Part shown: positions 48,095 to 57,614 of the stretch, piece after piece
Numbering within the stretch: position 1 is the stretch's first letter
Layout of the letters: each line of letters begins with the position of its first letter
From: a virus
Strand: one strand, 5' to 3'
Virus record (IMG/VR): IMGVR_UViG_3300042013_000045
Span: 32,001-96,000 of that record
Length of the DNA stretch: 64,000 nucleotides
Translations under genes and position numbers: made by a program
Notes under the pieces: generated by a model
What the model saw: only the letters and a program-made list of their open reading frames with translations
What the model was told of the DNA's origin: nothing
Databases searched by the model: none

Positions 48095-49681
48095 ATGGAC
48101 ATCAAGCTTTTTCTAGTCAAATCCATTTCGCTGCTCTACCTTGAGAGTCAACTCGAGAACTCGTCTAATTCTGGCGCTAAGCTGATTATCCGTGAACTCT
48201 TGGCAGACATCAAACTGCAAGAAAGCGCTGCCGATCACGGCACCGACCGGAACACGCTGAACAACCTCCGCACAACAGTCATGTGGATGCTGTCCAACGG
48301 AGAGTCTCAAACATATGATCTTGACACATTACTCCAGCGGCTGCGGCTAAACGTCCAAGGGGACGACGTCACATATAAGGCGCTGGAGAAAACGATCAAG
48401 CTCTATCCGGACGACGTCATTGCCCGGAAGCTGGCGAACAACATCGTCCGCGAGATGAAGAAGTTCAAGGCAAAAGAAAAGCTCAATGAAGTATTGCGTA
48501 AAGCCTCCTACACCGTTGCTTTTAAAGACACGGAAGTAGAAGACTGGGACAGCTTCATTCTGAACACGGCTCAAGACCTCCTGTCGATCGATATGGACAA
48601 CGATGAGCATCAGGACGCAGCTTTCCTTACGACAGTGAACTTCGCTGACGCAGGGAGCGTAGAGACCGCTTTCGAAGACATGGAACAAACCATGTCCACC
48701 GACGGTATCATCAAGTTCCCCTTTAAAGAGCTGAACAACCTGTTCGGTGTCCAACAAGGTGGTCGACGGGGTGAGTTCGGTCTGGTCAATGCACTGCCGG
48801 GTAACAACAAGTCTGGTACGCTGCTTGACATGTTCATGGGTGTCTGTCTGTACAACGACCCGTTTCTGTTCGACCCATCGAAGAAACCGCTGGTTCTTCT
48901 TTACTCGACGGAAGACGACGTCCCGACCATCATCCAGAAAATCTACATCGTCCTGAAACAGTTGGAATGTGGACACGCGGTGTCTGCACGTGGTTTGGAT
49001 GCCAAGGCTGCTACAGCGTATGTGATGGAGAGACTCAGGGCTCGCGGCTGGGAAGTGGAGATCCACCGCATCCAAGGGTCGTTGATGTCCTATGCCAAGT
49101 ACATCCAGCACATGGAGAAGTACAAGGCCAAGGGATACGAGATTGTAGCCTGCTTCTGCGACTACCTGACCATGTACAACAAAGATGGTTGTGCGTCAGG
49201 TTCCACAGGGGACGACCTGCAAGACTTGTACAAGCACGTCCGTGAGTACACCAACCCGAACAAGATCCTGCACGTGACAGCTCACCAGCTGTCCACCCAA
49301 GCCAAGGAGGAGAAACGTCAGAACCCTGGGAAGTTCATCCGCGACATGCCGGGCGGAGGATACTACCAAGGATGCAAGAAGCTGGACACCGAGGTTGACT
49401 GGGAGATCTACGTCAACAAGCAGGTGGTCAACGATGGGTCGTTCCTCGAATACGTTTGGGGCAAGCATCGTGGCGTAGTAGAGCCTACTCCAGAGAAAGC
49501 CAAGTACTTTGTGATGAAGTACCACGACTACCCAATGTACGGCATCCCGTACGACGTACACCTTGAGAAGTCTCTGGGTTACCGCGTCGTAGGTGGCAAG
49601 CCAATCAACGGGGGTGGTGGTTCTACATGGGATGACATCGATAACCGCGGTAGCGACTTCGGTGAAGACCTCGCAGCGTAG
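48095..49681 (+). CDS. dnaB: DnaB-like replicative helicase
   Basis: RRGEFGLVNALPGNNKSG Walker A variant, STED, FCDYL Walker B, TAHQLS, GKHRG arginine finger. Confidence 0.8.
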   Translation: MDIKLFLVKSISLLYLESQLENSSNSGAKLIIRELLADIKLQESAADHGTDRNTLNNLRTTVMWMLSNGESQTYDLDTLLQRLRLNVQGDDVTYKALEKTIKLYPDDVIARKLANNIVREMKKFKAKEKLNEVLRKASYTVAFKDTEVEDWDSFILNTAQDLLSIDMDNDEHQDAAFLTTVNFADAGSVETAFEDMEQTMSTDGIIKFPFKELNNLFGVQQGGRRGEFGLVNALPGNNKSGTLLDMFMGVCLYNDPFLFDPSKKPLVLLYSTEDDVPTIIQKIYIVLKQLECGHAVSARGLDAKAATAYVMERLRARGWEVEIHRIQGSLMSYAKYIQHMEKYKAKGYEIVACFCDYLTMYNKDGCASGSTGDDLQDLYKHVREYTNPNKILHVTAHQLSTQAKEEKRQNPGKFIRDMPGGGYYQGCKKLDTEVDWEIYVNKQVVNDGSFLEYVWGKHRGVVEPTPEKAKYFVMKYHDYPMYGIPYDVHLEKSLGYRVVGGKPINGGGGSTWDDIDNRGSDFGEDLAA

Positions 49682-49683
49682 CC

Positions 49684-49735
49684 AAAGAAAAAAGAAAGCT
49701 AGCACCCGGAGCCGTGAGGCTCCGGGTCTATGCCG
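49684..49735. terminator. Bidirectional hairpin
   Basis: aaagaaaaaagaaag, then acccggagcc-gtga-ggctccgggt, then ctatgccg. Confidence 0.75.
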
Positions 49736-49736
49736 C

Positions 49737-50120
49737 TTATGCAGTAAGGATGTTGAAGATCCGGCCTGGTTTAAGGGCTGGGTACTTCTCGATCATGGCT
49801 TGGTCGAAGCCAGCTTCCATCCGGCGCACGTCACCACGGATGTCCATGGTAGCGTTATGGATCATGCCACCGCAGGCGTTACGAGTAACGTGAGGCAGGC
49901 CGTCTTCTTTGATGGCGATCTCGTTGATGGTGTAGTAGTCACTGTAGGCTTTGGTGAACAGAGCCACAACCACTTGTTTGCCATCACGCTCGTAGACGCC
50001 GCACCCACCCAGCTTTATCTTCTCACCGCCGTTCTTGTGATCGTCCAGCAGGTGGAAGTCATTCATCTGAACAGCGCTCAGGGTCAGGGCGATGCTGTCT
50101 TGCAGTTGTACTTGGGACAT
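49737..50120 (-). CDS. Hypothetical protein
   Basis: 127 aa, AAGGAG RBS. Confidence 0.7.
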   Translation of the reverse strand: MSQVQLQDSIALTLSAVQMNDFHLLDDHKNGGEKIKLGGCGVYERDGKQVVVALFTKAYSDYYTINEIAIKEDGLPHVTRNACGGMIHNATMDIRGDVRRMEAGFDQAMIEKYPALKPGRIFNILTA

Positions 50121-50162
50121 GGTGAATCTCCTTCGATTGGGTTAGGGTTTGTTGCAGGGTGG

Positions 50163-50324
50163 TTATTTAACGACGTGCATCGCTGCACGACGGGCTTTTA
50201 CTTCGTTGCCGCCGAAGAGGTTGCTGTTGGTCTTAGCCAACGAGTCCATCATCTTCAGGGTTTTGCGGTGACCCCAGTATGCAACTACGCCACCGATTGC
50301 TGCGCCGATAAGGAACTTCTTCAT
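50163..50324 (-). CDS. Small N-terminal TM peptide
   Basis: MKKFLIGAAIGGVVAYW...; GGAG RBS. Confidence 0.6.
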   Translation of the reverse strand: MKKFLIGAAIGGVVAYWGHRKTLKMMDSLAKTNSNLFGGNEVKARRAAMHVVK

Positions 50325-50389
50325 GATGAATCTCCAGTAGATCAGGGTAGGTTTGTAGCAGGTTAGGAAACAGACGACGTACGAGATCA

Positions 50390-50515
50390 TTACTTACCAG
50401 AAGTGCAGGCGGTAACGATTGGCTCGAGAGCCTTCTTCATTGCCTCTACGCGGGCAGGGCGGGTAACAGCGCTAACAACGATGATGCCAACTACGAAGCC
50501 AAAGAAACCTTTCAT
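50390..50515 (-). CDS. 41-aa TM peptide
   Basis: Hand translation MKGFFGFVVGIIVVSAVTRPARVEAMKKALEPIVTACTSGK; GGAG RBS. Confidence 0.55.
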   Translation of the reverse strand: MKGFFGFVVGIIVVSAVTRPARVEAMKKALEPIVTACTSGK

Positions 50516-50530
50516 TTTGTGTTACTCCAA

Positions 50531-50719
50531 TTAGTTCTTAACGAACAGGTTACGGACATCCAGCTTTTCAGCGGAGATCATGTGGACGGAAGTGCCCAGT
50601 GGAAGTTCTGTACGTGCAGCAGCAGACTCGACGTCGGTCGAGTCTGCTGTGAAGCAGCTGATAGCCATCGAAGCGAATACGATTACCATCAAAGCGCCCA
50701 GCAGATTGCGACCGAACAT
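50531..50719 (-). CDS. Small signal-peptide or lipoprotein-like protein
   Basis: MFGRNLLGALMVIVFASMAISC...; AGGAG RBS. Confidence 0.55.
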   Translation of the reverse strand: MFGRNLLGALMVIVFASMAISCFTADSTDVESAAARTELPLGTSVHMISAEKLDVRNLFVKN

Positions 50720-50730
50720 GGTGTTGCTCC

Positions 50731-51054
50731 TTAGATATTGAAGCGCAGTGCGTCGGACTCGGCGGCCAGAGCTACTGCTTCTTCGAACAAGCGGTCGGAT
50801 TTGACCTTGTCTGTGCGTTTGCACATTACGCACTCGGTGAGGAGTGCTTCGGAACGGGCTTCCATCTCGTCAGCCAGTTCAATGTTGGTTTTAGCCACAG
50901 CAGCTTTCTCTGCACGCTTAGCGATAACCAGTACCTGGTAAGCACGCTTGTTCTTCCGGGCTTGAAAGAGACCTTTCAGTTTCTGGATGAACGAGCGTTT
51001 TGGAACTGGCATCTCAATGCGGTTAGCTTCGAGTTGTTTGATGATAGCGAACAT
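50731..51054 (-). CDS. Hypothetical helical protein
   Basis: 107 aa, GGAG RBS. Confidence 0.65.
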   Translation of the reverse strand: MFAIIKQLEANRIEMPVPKRSFIQKLKGLFQARKNKRAYQVLVIAKRAEKAAVAKTNIELADEMEARSEALLTECVMCKRTDKVKSDRLFEEAVALAAESDALRFNI

Positions 51055-51076
51055 GGTTAGTCTCCAATGACTAGGG

Positions 51077-51247
51077 TTAGTATTTCTTTGCTACTTTCGC
51101 AGCGATGATCTCTTCGGCAGTAGCGCCGGGTTTAGCAGTTGGTTCATCAGAGCTAGCGCAGCAAGCTGCGATGAGGAGAGTCGACAGGATCACCACGACA
51201 ACCGCAGAGATCAGTTTACCCGTCCTCGACATTTCGTTGGCGTCCAT
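51077..51247 (-). CDS. Small TM or lipoprotein-like protein
   Basis: ...LISAVVVVILSTLLIAACC...; AGGAG RBS. Confidence 0.6.
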   Translation of the reverse strand: MDANEMSRTGKLISAVVVVILSTLLIAACCASSDEPTAKPGATAEEIIAAKVAKKY

Positions 51248-51257
51248 GGGACACTCC

Positions 51258-51413
51258 TTACTTAGTGGCTTTCTTCTTGAAAGAGAACTTCGGACCCCAC
51301 GGGATGTTGATGCTGAACTCATCGGGCATGTTAGCCGAGAGGGTTTTGCCAGCATAACGACCCAATACATAACCAGCTACAGCAGCACCGCCAAACAGAA
51401 GTACATTCTTCAT
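51258..51413 (-). CDS. 51-aa TM peptide
   Basis: Hand translation MKNVLLFGGAAVVAGYVLGRY...KKKATK; GGAG RBS. Confidence 0.55.
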   Translation of the reverse strand: MKNVLLFGGAAVAGYVLGRYAGKTLSANMPDEFSINIPWGPKFSFKKKATK

Positions 51414-51470
51414 GATGATCTCCAAGATCTAGGGTAGGAGTAGAAAGATTAGTCTCTCTATTCACGTGTA

Positions 51471-51502
51471 CAATGTATTGCTGAAAATAATTCGAATCAA
51501 AA
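51471..51502 (-). promoter_or_regulatory. Candidate early promoter
   Basis: Minus strand ttttgattcgaattattttcagcaatacattg; near-copy of 26864..26895. Confidence 0.6.
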
Positions 51503-51513
51503 ATAAAGGCACC

Positions 51514-51557
51514 CGGCATACAGCCCTCCTAGCTATCACGGCTAGGAGGGCTGTATG
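51514..51557 (-). terminator. 17-bp stem hairpin ending TATGCCG on the minus strand
   Basis: catacagccctcctagc/gctaggagggctgtatg. Confidence 0.75.
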
Positions 51558-51558
51558 T

Positions 51559-51705
51559 TTAGAGATCGGCAGTGTCGAGTAACACACCCGCAGCACGGGC
51601 TTCTTGGTACAACACTTCTTTGGAGGTGGGTTCTTCACGGTAGAAGATCAGGGTTAGTACCAGACAGACGCAAAAGGTGATGATCAGCTTAGCTTCTGGT
51701 TTCAT
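51559..51705 (-). CDS. 48-aa TM peptide
   Basis: Hand translation MKPEAKLIITFCVCLVLTLIFYREE... Confidence 0.5.
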   Translation of the reverse strand: MKPEAKLIITFCVCLVLTLIFYREEPTSKEVLYQEARAAGVLLDTADL

Positions 51706-51727
51706 GGGTTGCAGGTTCTCGGTTAGG

Positions 51728-52363
51728 TTAAGGATCGACGGGGGTTGTGAGGTCTATGATGATGAGTTCTTGCTCAGCGATGCGGTCGTTAGCCTTTTGC
51801 AACTCGGCAGTCAGACGCAGCACTACAGCACGATCGGTCTCGCGGTTCTTCACCGCTTCATTCCGGGAGATGGTCAGTTGTACATGACGCTCTTCGGTAA
51901 TGATGTCACTGATCTCACCACGGGTGATGAAGACCGTAGGTTCTACACCGATGAAGTCAGAGACTGCACTGGCGATTACCTGTTGCAGCTGAGTGGTATC
52001 CAGGCTGTCAGGGATCATCCCCAACGAAGCACTGGCAATCAGGTGGCTGTAAGGCACGCTGCCCATGTACGGGTAGCTATCGATGTACGTGTCAGGCACA
52101 TACATCAGTTCTCCGGCACGCGTCGCCAGCACGACGATAGCCGCGCCTTCGTCGATGTCCGCTTGCATGAAGGATTCGTCATCAATCCCGACGGGGTTGT
52201 AGATGAGCTTCATTGGATCAGAGTTACGAGCCCTGATCTCAGCAAACGACCGGATGGCCGTTACGGTATATTCAATGTCCGCAACAGTTTTAAACGGTAG
52301 CCTTAGAAGAAAGGCACCCTTGATGCCAGGGGCTGGAGTCAATCGTGCCATGTGGTCCACCAT
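51728..52363 (-). CDS. Hypothetical protein
   Basis: ~207-211 aa with C-terminal coiled coil. Confidence 0.7.
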   Translation of the reverse strand: MVDHMARLTPAPGIKGAFLLRLPFKTVADIEYTVTAIRSFAEIRARNSDPMKLIYNPVGIDDESFMQADIDEGAAIVVLATRAGELMYVPDTYIDSYPYMGSVPYSHLIASASLGMIPDSLDTTQLQQVIASAVSDFIGVEPTVFITRGEISDIITEERHVQLTISRNEAVKNRETDRAVVLRLTAELQKANDRIAEQELIIIDLTTPVDP

Positions 52364-52408
52364 TGAGAATAAAAAGGTATGGGGTTGTCAGTCCCATACC
52401 ATTCACCC

Positions 52409-52666
52409 TTACTTATCACGCAGTCCGACAGGGTTGTCGTTGACGTCGTAACAGATCGGGTATTCGCAATAGCCCCCGGCAGCGCTGACCTTATCCGCAT
52501 TCACCACGGGCAGGTACTTCTTCAGGTCGTCGATGGGGACCTTCTTGTTGTTGACAGTGCACGCATCATCCATCTGCGGTTCACAGTGGGCTTCTTTAGG
52601 AAGATCCATTGCGAGTGTCGAGGTAGACACAGTCAGGCAGAACAGTGCAGCGATAAGCTTTTTCAT
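52409..52666 (-). CDS. Small exported Cys-containing protein
   Basis: Sec signal MKKLIAALFCLTVSTSTLA, four Cys in the mature part; AGGAG RBS. Confidence 0.65.
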   Translation of the reverse strand: MKKLIAALFCLTVSTSTLAMDLPKEAHCEPQMDDACTVNNKKVPIDDLKKYLPVVNADKVSAAGGYCEYPICYDVNDNPVGLRDK

Positions 52667-52677
52667 GATGACTCTCC

Positions 52678-53547
52678 TTAACCGCGCAGGATTGCGCCGA
52701 TGCGCACTAAGGCGCCTTGAATGTAATCGACTTCCGCTTGAGTCGCCCCTTCGAACTCGACAGGACGTTGATTGCGGGATTCGCCGAACTTCTTCATTGC
52801 TTTATTCCATTCCAACTCAGTACCAAAATTGGAGCTGTGTGCCCAACCAGCATGTTGGTCAGCAATGGCAAACACGCCAATGTCACAGACTTCATTGTTG
52901 CCGCCGACGGTATTGACGCCGGTGACTTGTACCACGTGCGCCGCGGTGACCTTGTCAGGGTTACGCAGGCTGTAGACCAGAGCACCTTCTTTGAACTGTT
53001 TAGCGTTCGGCTGGGTGCTTTCTGGGATGGCTTTCATCATCACGTCGGTGGTGACCGTAGCCAGAAGCTCAATGAACATAGCCAACGCTGCGGGATCGAA
53101 GTCTTCAGCACGCAGGCGGTTTGGCATCTGTTGCCGTTCACGACGTTCGTTACGCTTGTCTTCTTCGGTCTCTTCTTTGCGAGTGTGGCCGGTGTCAGGC
53201 ATCGGCGCGGTGTTGATGATCATCAACAAGAACGAAGGGGTGACTTGGAACTCGAATTGAGCACCGACCATGTCTTCGTCGTAGAAGCTGCACTGCATCT
53301 GAGCGCGATACTCAGGATGACCGACAGTGAAATTGAAGAACGTGACTTCAGGAGAGTCTTTGAGGAACTCACCGCGTTCGCCACGCTTGATGAAACCGAA
53401 GGTGCCCATGCAGGCTTTGATCTTTTGCTCCAGGGTAGCGCCGATGTTGTCACGGATCAGCAGCTCCATTGGTTTCCATGGGCAGTTGTTGGGTACGTTG
53501 CGGGAGACTTGAGCAGCGAGTTCTTGAAACATGGCTTTGTTCAACAT
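52678..53547 (-). CDS. Hypothetical protein
   Basis: 289 aa, GAGG RBS. Confidence 0.7.
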   Translation of the reverse strand: MLNKAMFQELAAQVSRNVPNNCPWKPMELLIRDNIGATLEQKIKACMGTFGFIKRGERGEFLKDSPEVTFFNFTVGHPEYRAQMQCSFYDEDMVGAQFEFQVTPSFLLMIINTAPMPDTGHTRKEETEEDKRNERRERQQMPNRLRAEDFDPAALAMFIELLATVTTDVMMKAIPESTQPNAKQFKEGALVYSLRNPDKVTAAHVVQVTGVNTVGGNNEVCDIGVFAIADQHAGWAHSSNFGTELEWNKAMKKFGESRNQRPVEFEGATQAEVDYIQGALVRIGAILRG

Positions 53548-53572
53548 GTTGTAATCCTCGAGGGTTGCGAAT

Positions 53573-53603
53573 AAAAGACAGGGAGAGCACGTGCTCTCCC
53601 TGT
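53573..53603 (-). terminator. Palindromic terminator
   Basis: acagggagagcac|gtgctctccctgt with a T-tract on the minus strand. Confidence 0.65.
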
Positions 53604-53616
53604 GGGATGTATTACG

Positions 53617-54279
53617 TTAGACGCGGTGTTCGTCTTTCATGGACAGATTCTGCAACTGTTCTTGCTGATCGTAGTGTTGCATCCGGCGGTTCATCTCCAC
53701 GATGTGCTTACCGAAGAAGATATTCCGACGCTCACCTTCGAGCAGACGCTTCTCGACGTTGTCGTACATCATGTCACGAAGGAAGCAGTTGTACTCGGGG
53801 TAGCTGAGCGCATAGAGACTCACGTAACAGCCAGCCATTAAGGCCGCGCTCTCCATGATCTCGCCTAAGGGGTTTGTTTGCCCCATGTGGTCAATGTCCT
53901 CAATCGTCTTGGCCATCATGCCCATACGACGCAGGAGAAGCCCACAGGCATCCGGAACGGTCAGGCCGCGCACGTCAATGACGTCACCGAGCTTCTTGTT
54001 ACAGACGTTGGCCATGGAGAGGCAGATGATCAACCCGTCTACGGTCAGACGACGGATACGCTCACGTTGAGGAGCGTCGTGCTTCGTCCCGCCGATACCC
54101 TCCTGCATGAACATACGGTACAGCTCAGACACGTACTTACAATGGTGAAGCACAAGGTGGGTCAACCGGCGTGGTTTGGACAGGGTGTAGATGTCCGAGT
54201 GAAACACCACGTCATGCAGCTCTTGTCGGAACTGCATGCGGTTGAACACTTGAGCTAAAGTGACAGTCTTGATACCCAT
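53617..54279 (-). CDS. Hypothetical all-alpha protein, possibly MazG-like NTP pyrophosphohydrolase
   Basis: Helical Q..HD..FH.DI..LHH.KY..D..I..LS.AN pattern; neighbours are nucleotide-metabolism genes. Confidence 0.35.
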   Translation of the reverse strand: MGIKTVTLAQVFNRMQFRQELHDVVFHSDIYTLSKPRRLTHLVLHHCKYVSELYRMFMQEGIGGTKHDAPQRERIRRLTVDGLIICLSMANVCNKKLGDVIDVRGLTVPDACGLLLRRMGMMAKTIEDIDHMGQTNPLGEIMESAALMAGCYVSLYALSYPEYNCFLRDMMYDNVEKRLLEGERRNIFFGKHIVEMNRRMQHYDQQEQLQNLSMKDEHRV

Positions 54280-55280
54280 TAATTACCTCGCAGAATTCGC
54301 CAGATAGTTTTCAAGCGATAGCGCCATGTAGGCGCGCCGTAGATCATAGAGTGCTTATAGGTTTCCAGCCACGTGTGGTCCTTTGCAAAGGCCGAAGCAA
54401 ATGCATGTCCCCCACCACCGTTGGCAGCAGCGATCTGGTCTACTGGCCAGTCAGAGGACCGCAAGCTGTAGATCGTTTTGCCGTTGCGCTCAGTGTAAAG
54501 CACCACGTACGGGTACTTCTTGCCGAGCCGATCACCGATCTCGTTACGCAGGTGATGCGGGGCATTAACGAACGGGACCTCTACCCCACCGATGTCGATC
54601 AGCTGGATGTACTCACGGATCACCGAGTTGATGATCTTGTTGTCGTACGCCATCAACATGTTGCCCTGATTGACGATGTGCATACGAGCATCGCCTTTAG
54701 CAGTAGCAACCTCGTTGAATCGCTCGATGGTCAGAGGACCATTGATCAGCCACGCATTGAGCGCCTTACCTTCAGGGATGTGATGCTTCCACAGATCGTA
54801 GTCTTCGATCCACAGCAGCACCTCAGGTACTTGAATGGTAGGATCGCCAGTGAAGTACAGCGTACCGATGTCATTGAAGAAGCGCCATGTCAACACCGCT
54901 CCGGAGCGCGTGAGGTCTGTGCAGAGGAAGACAGGACGTCCTTCGGCCTTCATTACCATCACTGGCAACTCACTGACACCCTTGCACTGAGGGTACCGGT
55001 ACTCCAGGTTCTCGATCGCCGACTTGTGATGGTCGATGATCATGATGAACTGGACGTCATCGATTACGGACTTGATCTGCTCTTCAGTAAAGGACAGGTC
55101 AACAAGGAAGACCTTCTTACCTCGCAGGTCAGGCATTGGATCACCGTACTGCCAGGCGAGGTAGTCTGCGTCTTCACCGAGATGCCCATAGGCTACCCAT
55201 GCCGACGCGATGCCGTCATTGCAGCCACGGTGATAAAGAACGATGGTGTCACGCAGATACTGTTTAGGGATACTAGCCAT
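54279..55280 (-). CDS. DHH-family phosphoesterase
   Basis: YH..C.DG, VDLS, IDHHKS, YSLRS, GGGH. Confidence 0.85.
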   Translation of the reverse strand: MASIPKQYLRDTIVLYHRGCNDGIASAWVAYGHLGEDADYLAWQYGDPMPDLRGKKVFLVDLSFTEEQIKSVIDDVQFIMIIDHHKSAIENLEYRYPQCKGVSELPVMVMKAEGRPVFLCTDLTRSGAVLTWRFFNDIGTLYFTGDPTIQVPEVLLWIEDYDLWKHHIPEGKALNAWLINGPLTIERFNEVATAKGDARMHIVNQGNMLMAYDNKIINSVIREYIQLIDIGGVEVPFVNAPHHLRNEIGDRLGKKYPYVVLYTERNGKTIYSLRSSDWPVDQIAAANGGGGHAFASAFAKDHTWLETYKHSMIYGAPTWRYRLKTIWRILRGN

Positions 55281-55337
55281 ACTGGCTCCTAGCGGAATAA
55301 GTGAGGTAGACGGTTGCCCGTCTACCTTTATACGGTG

Positions 55338-56063
55338 TTACTTGCCGAGTGCAGACCAGTACTCGAATACCTGCTGTTGCAGTGAACGTGTGTACCGGCG
55401 ACGGTCTTCGATGGTCTCAACTGCGAGGGCAGGGTGCTTGTTGTACAGCGCCCAGAAGCCGTTACCCGGCAGGTCTTTGTGCTCGCCCGACTTACGCACA
55501 ACAATCACCGTCAGCATCGGTTGGTGGTGCGTCTCGCAGAACTTGTAGATGCTCGACAGCAGCGGGGACAATGTACTGCCCAGCTGATTGCCCTTATTCG
55601 GCAGACCGAACTCATTGGCAATGTTCTCGTAGGTAGTCGTGTGACCTAAGAACGCTTTACCTACCAAGTAACTGTAGATCTGGCGGATCAGGAACGGACG
55701 GAACTGCGACTCTAGGTTTTCACGAATCTGCTGCTGTTCAGCTTGTTTATGCATTACATCGGTGTTACTCACCTTCTTCACGGTATCCGCGAGTTCTGGC
55801 GTGACTGCGTATTTCACACCACCCATGGTCATGGTTGTTACGGGTGGCAGCGCAAGCTTCTCGTTTACATACACCGACAACACATCAAGCATCTCTTTAC
55901 GGTCGGCTTCAGGCACCATCGAGGTGTCGGCAGTAGTGACCACCTTACAAAGAAGCTTTGCAAACTCCGACTCAGACACTGGCCCTGCGGCATTGAGTGC
56001 TTCGGTCAGTTTATCGTCGATTTGCTTGATGTAAGCGGTCAGTACAGGGTTTACAGTTTTCAT
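55338..56063 (-). CDS. Hypothetical protein
   Basis: 241 aa, GGAG RBS; C-terminal TYENIA..L..I...C....PMLTVIVVRK..LPG.GF segment (helix-turn-helix-like). Confidence 0.65.
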   Translation of the reverse strand: MKTVNPVLTAYIKQIDDKLTEALNAAGPVSESEFAKLLCKVVTTADTSMVPEADRKEMLDVLSVYVNEKLALPPVTTMTMGGVKYAVTPELADTVKKVSNTDVMHKQAEQQQIRENLESQFRPFLIRQIYSYLVGKAFLGHTTTYENIANEFGLPNKGNQLGSTLSPLLSSIYKFCETHHQPMLTVIVVRKSGEHKDLPGNGFWALYNKHPALAVETIEDRRRYTRSLQQQVFEYWSALGK

Positions 56064-56131
56064 GGTGTATCTCCAGCCACGTTGTGTGGCGTTACAACAG
56101 GGACGTTAGTGTCCCTGAATTCGGGTGGGTG

Positions 56132-56485
56132 TTACTGAACGGTTTCGAGTGTATCGGTCTTGTCCACCAGTGTGCCGGCGTTGAAGTCAAGCACCCAGAA
56201 CACTTGTACGATCGCGGTGGTAAGGCCTTCGACAGCTTCCTTGTCACCCATGTCGAGGATGTTGAGGAGCCACACACCTTCAGGAAGGGCTTCAGCACCG
56301 CTGCTCAGCAGCGAAGCGTCGTTGGACATGCGAGTAACCAGTCCACGAGTCCGCCCACGTTTAGCAGCCAGTTCCTTGATGGTCTTGTCCAGCTTCTCAC
56401 GGAACTCTGGATAGATCGCAGGGCACTGTTTGTGCACCATGTCAAACATGGCGTAGATGTCGTACTGCGTAGTGACTTCAGGCAT
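56132..56485 (-). CDS. Hypothetical protein
   Basis: 117 aa, AAGGAG RBS. Confidence 0.65.
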   Translation of the reverse strand: MPEVTTQYDIYAMFDMVHKQCPAIYPEFREKLDKTIKELAAKRGRTRGLVTRMSNDASLLSSGAEALPEGVWLLNILDMGDKEAVEGLTTAIVQVFWVLDFNAGTLVDKTDTLETVQ

Positions 56486-56495
56486 GGTTCGCTCC

Positions 56496-57323
56496 TTACT
56501 TCATTCGTGGGACGTTGACACCGCTCTGGCCTTGGTACTTGCCACCGCGATCTTTGTAGGAAGTGAGGCACTCTTCGTCGCTTTCGAAGAACAGCATCTG
56601 TGCCACACCTTCGTTAGCGTAGATAACCGCCGGCAGAGTCGTAGTGTTACTGAACTCCAGCGTCACGTGACCTTCCCACTCTGGTTCAAGTGGGGTGACG
56701 TTGACGATGATGCCACAGCGAGCGTAGGTGCTCTTACCCAGACAGACAGTCAGCACGTTACGAGGGATCTTGAACCACTCGGCAGTACGTGCCAGCACAA
56801 AGGAGTTCGGCGGGATGATGCACTGAGGACCTTTGTGATCGACGAAGATCTTTGGATCGAAGTTCTTCGGGTCGATGGTCTTGCTATTGATGTTAGTGAA
56901 GATCTTGAATTCATCCGCACATTTCACGTCGTAGCCGTAGCTGGACACCCCGGAGGAGATGACCTTCTGACGCATGAACAGCTGCATCGCGCCGTCGACG
57001 ACACGTTTAATGACCACGCCGCCTGGGAAGACATGTTGGTCGTCGTTGTAGTACTCGATCTTCTCGAGATCGGTCAACGGTCGCTCAGTGAACGCCTCTT
57101 GTTCTGGCAGGAACGGCGCGATCATCGGGAACCACGGGTTCTGCTTGAGGAACATGTCGAGATCAACAGCAGTGATCGGCCGGATCTCGTTTACAGTGTG
57201 GCCGTCAGGGGCACTGCCCTCAAAGAAGTCAACGCCCTGCCAGAAGAACCCAGTACCACGAGTACTGATGTGGGAAGGGGTGAGGCTTTTCTTGATCATC
57301 CAACGATCAGCTTTGATACTCAT
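56496..57323 (-). CDS. dcd: dCTP deaminase with two N-terminal insertions
   Basis: [53 protein letters not shown]. Confidence 0.92.
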   Translation of the reverse strand: MSIKADRWMIKKSLTPSHISTRGTGFFWQGVDFFEGSAPDGHTVNEIRPITAVDLDMFLKQNPWFPMIAPFLPEQEAFTERPLTDLEKIEYYNDDQHVFPGGVVIKRVVDGAMQLFMRQKVISSGVSSYGYDVKCADEFKIFTNINSKTIDPKNFDPKIFVDHKGPQCIIPPNSFVLARTAEWFKIPRNVLTVCLGKSTYARCGIIVNVTPLEPEWEGHVTLEFSNTTTLPAVIYANEGVAQMLFFESDEECLTSYKDRGGKYQGQSGVNVPRMK

Positions 57324-57613
57324 GCTGTTTCTTTCTCCCGAATAACGGTTGTGTAATTAATGCGCAGTACTCGGCCGAGCTTACGCCGGTTCGCATAGTT
57401 CTGCGAGATAAGTATAATTTCATCGGCGACCTTCTTCTTAGTCGCCTCGTCAGGGTGGCGATTATAGAAGCCACCAGCGTAGTACAGATCAAAGATCTTT
57501 GTTTCAGCGTCTGGAGTGCGCACGACTACAGCGCCAAGCTTCCCAAAGCCCGGCAGCTTAGAAGTACTAACTACAAGGTTCTCGTCGACCTTATGCACAG
57601 CGAACGTTTCCAT
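57320..57613 (-). CDS. Hypothetical protein
   Basis: 97 aa, ATGA overlap with dcd. Confidence 0.6.
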   Translation of the reverse strand: METFAVHKVDENLVVSTSKLPGFGKLGAVVVRTPDAETKIFDLYYAGGFYNRHPDEATKKKVADEIILISQNYANRRKLGRVLRINYTTVIREKETA

Positions 57614-57614
57614 G

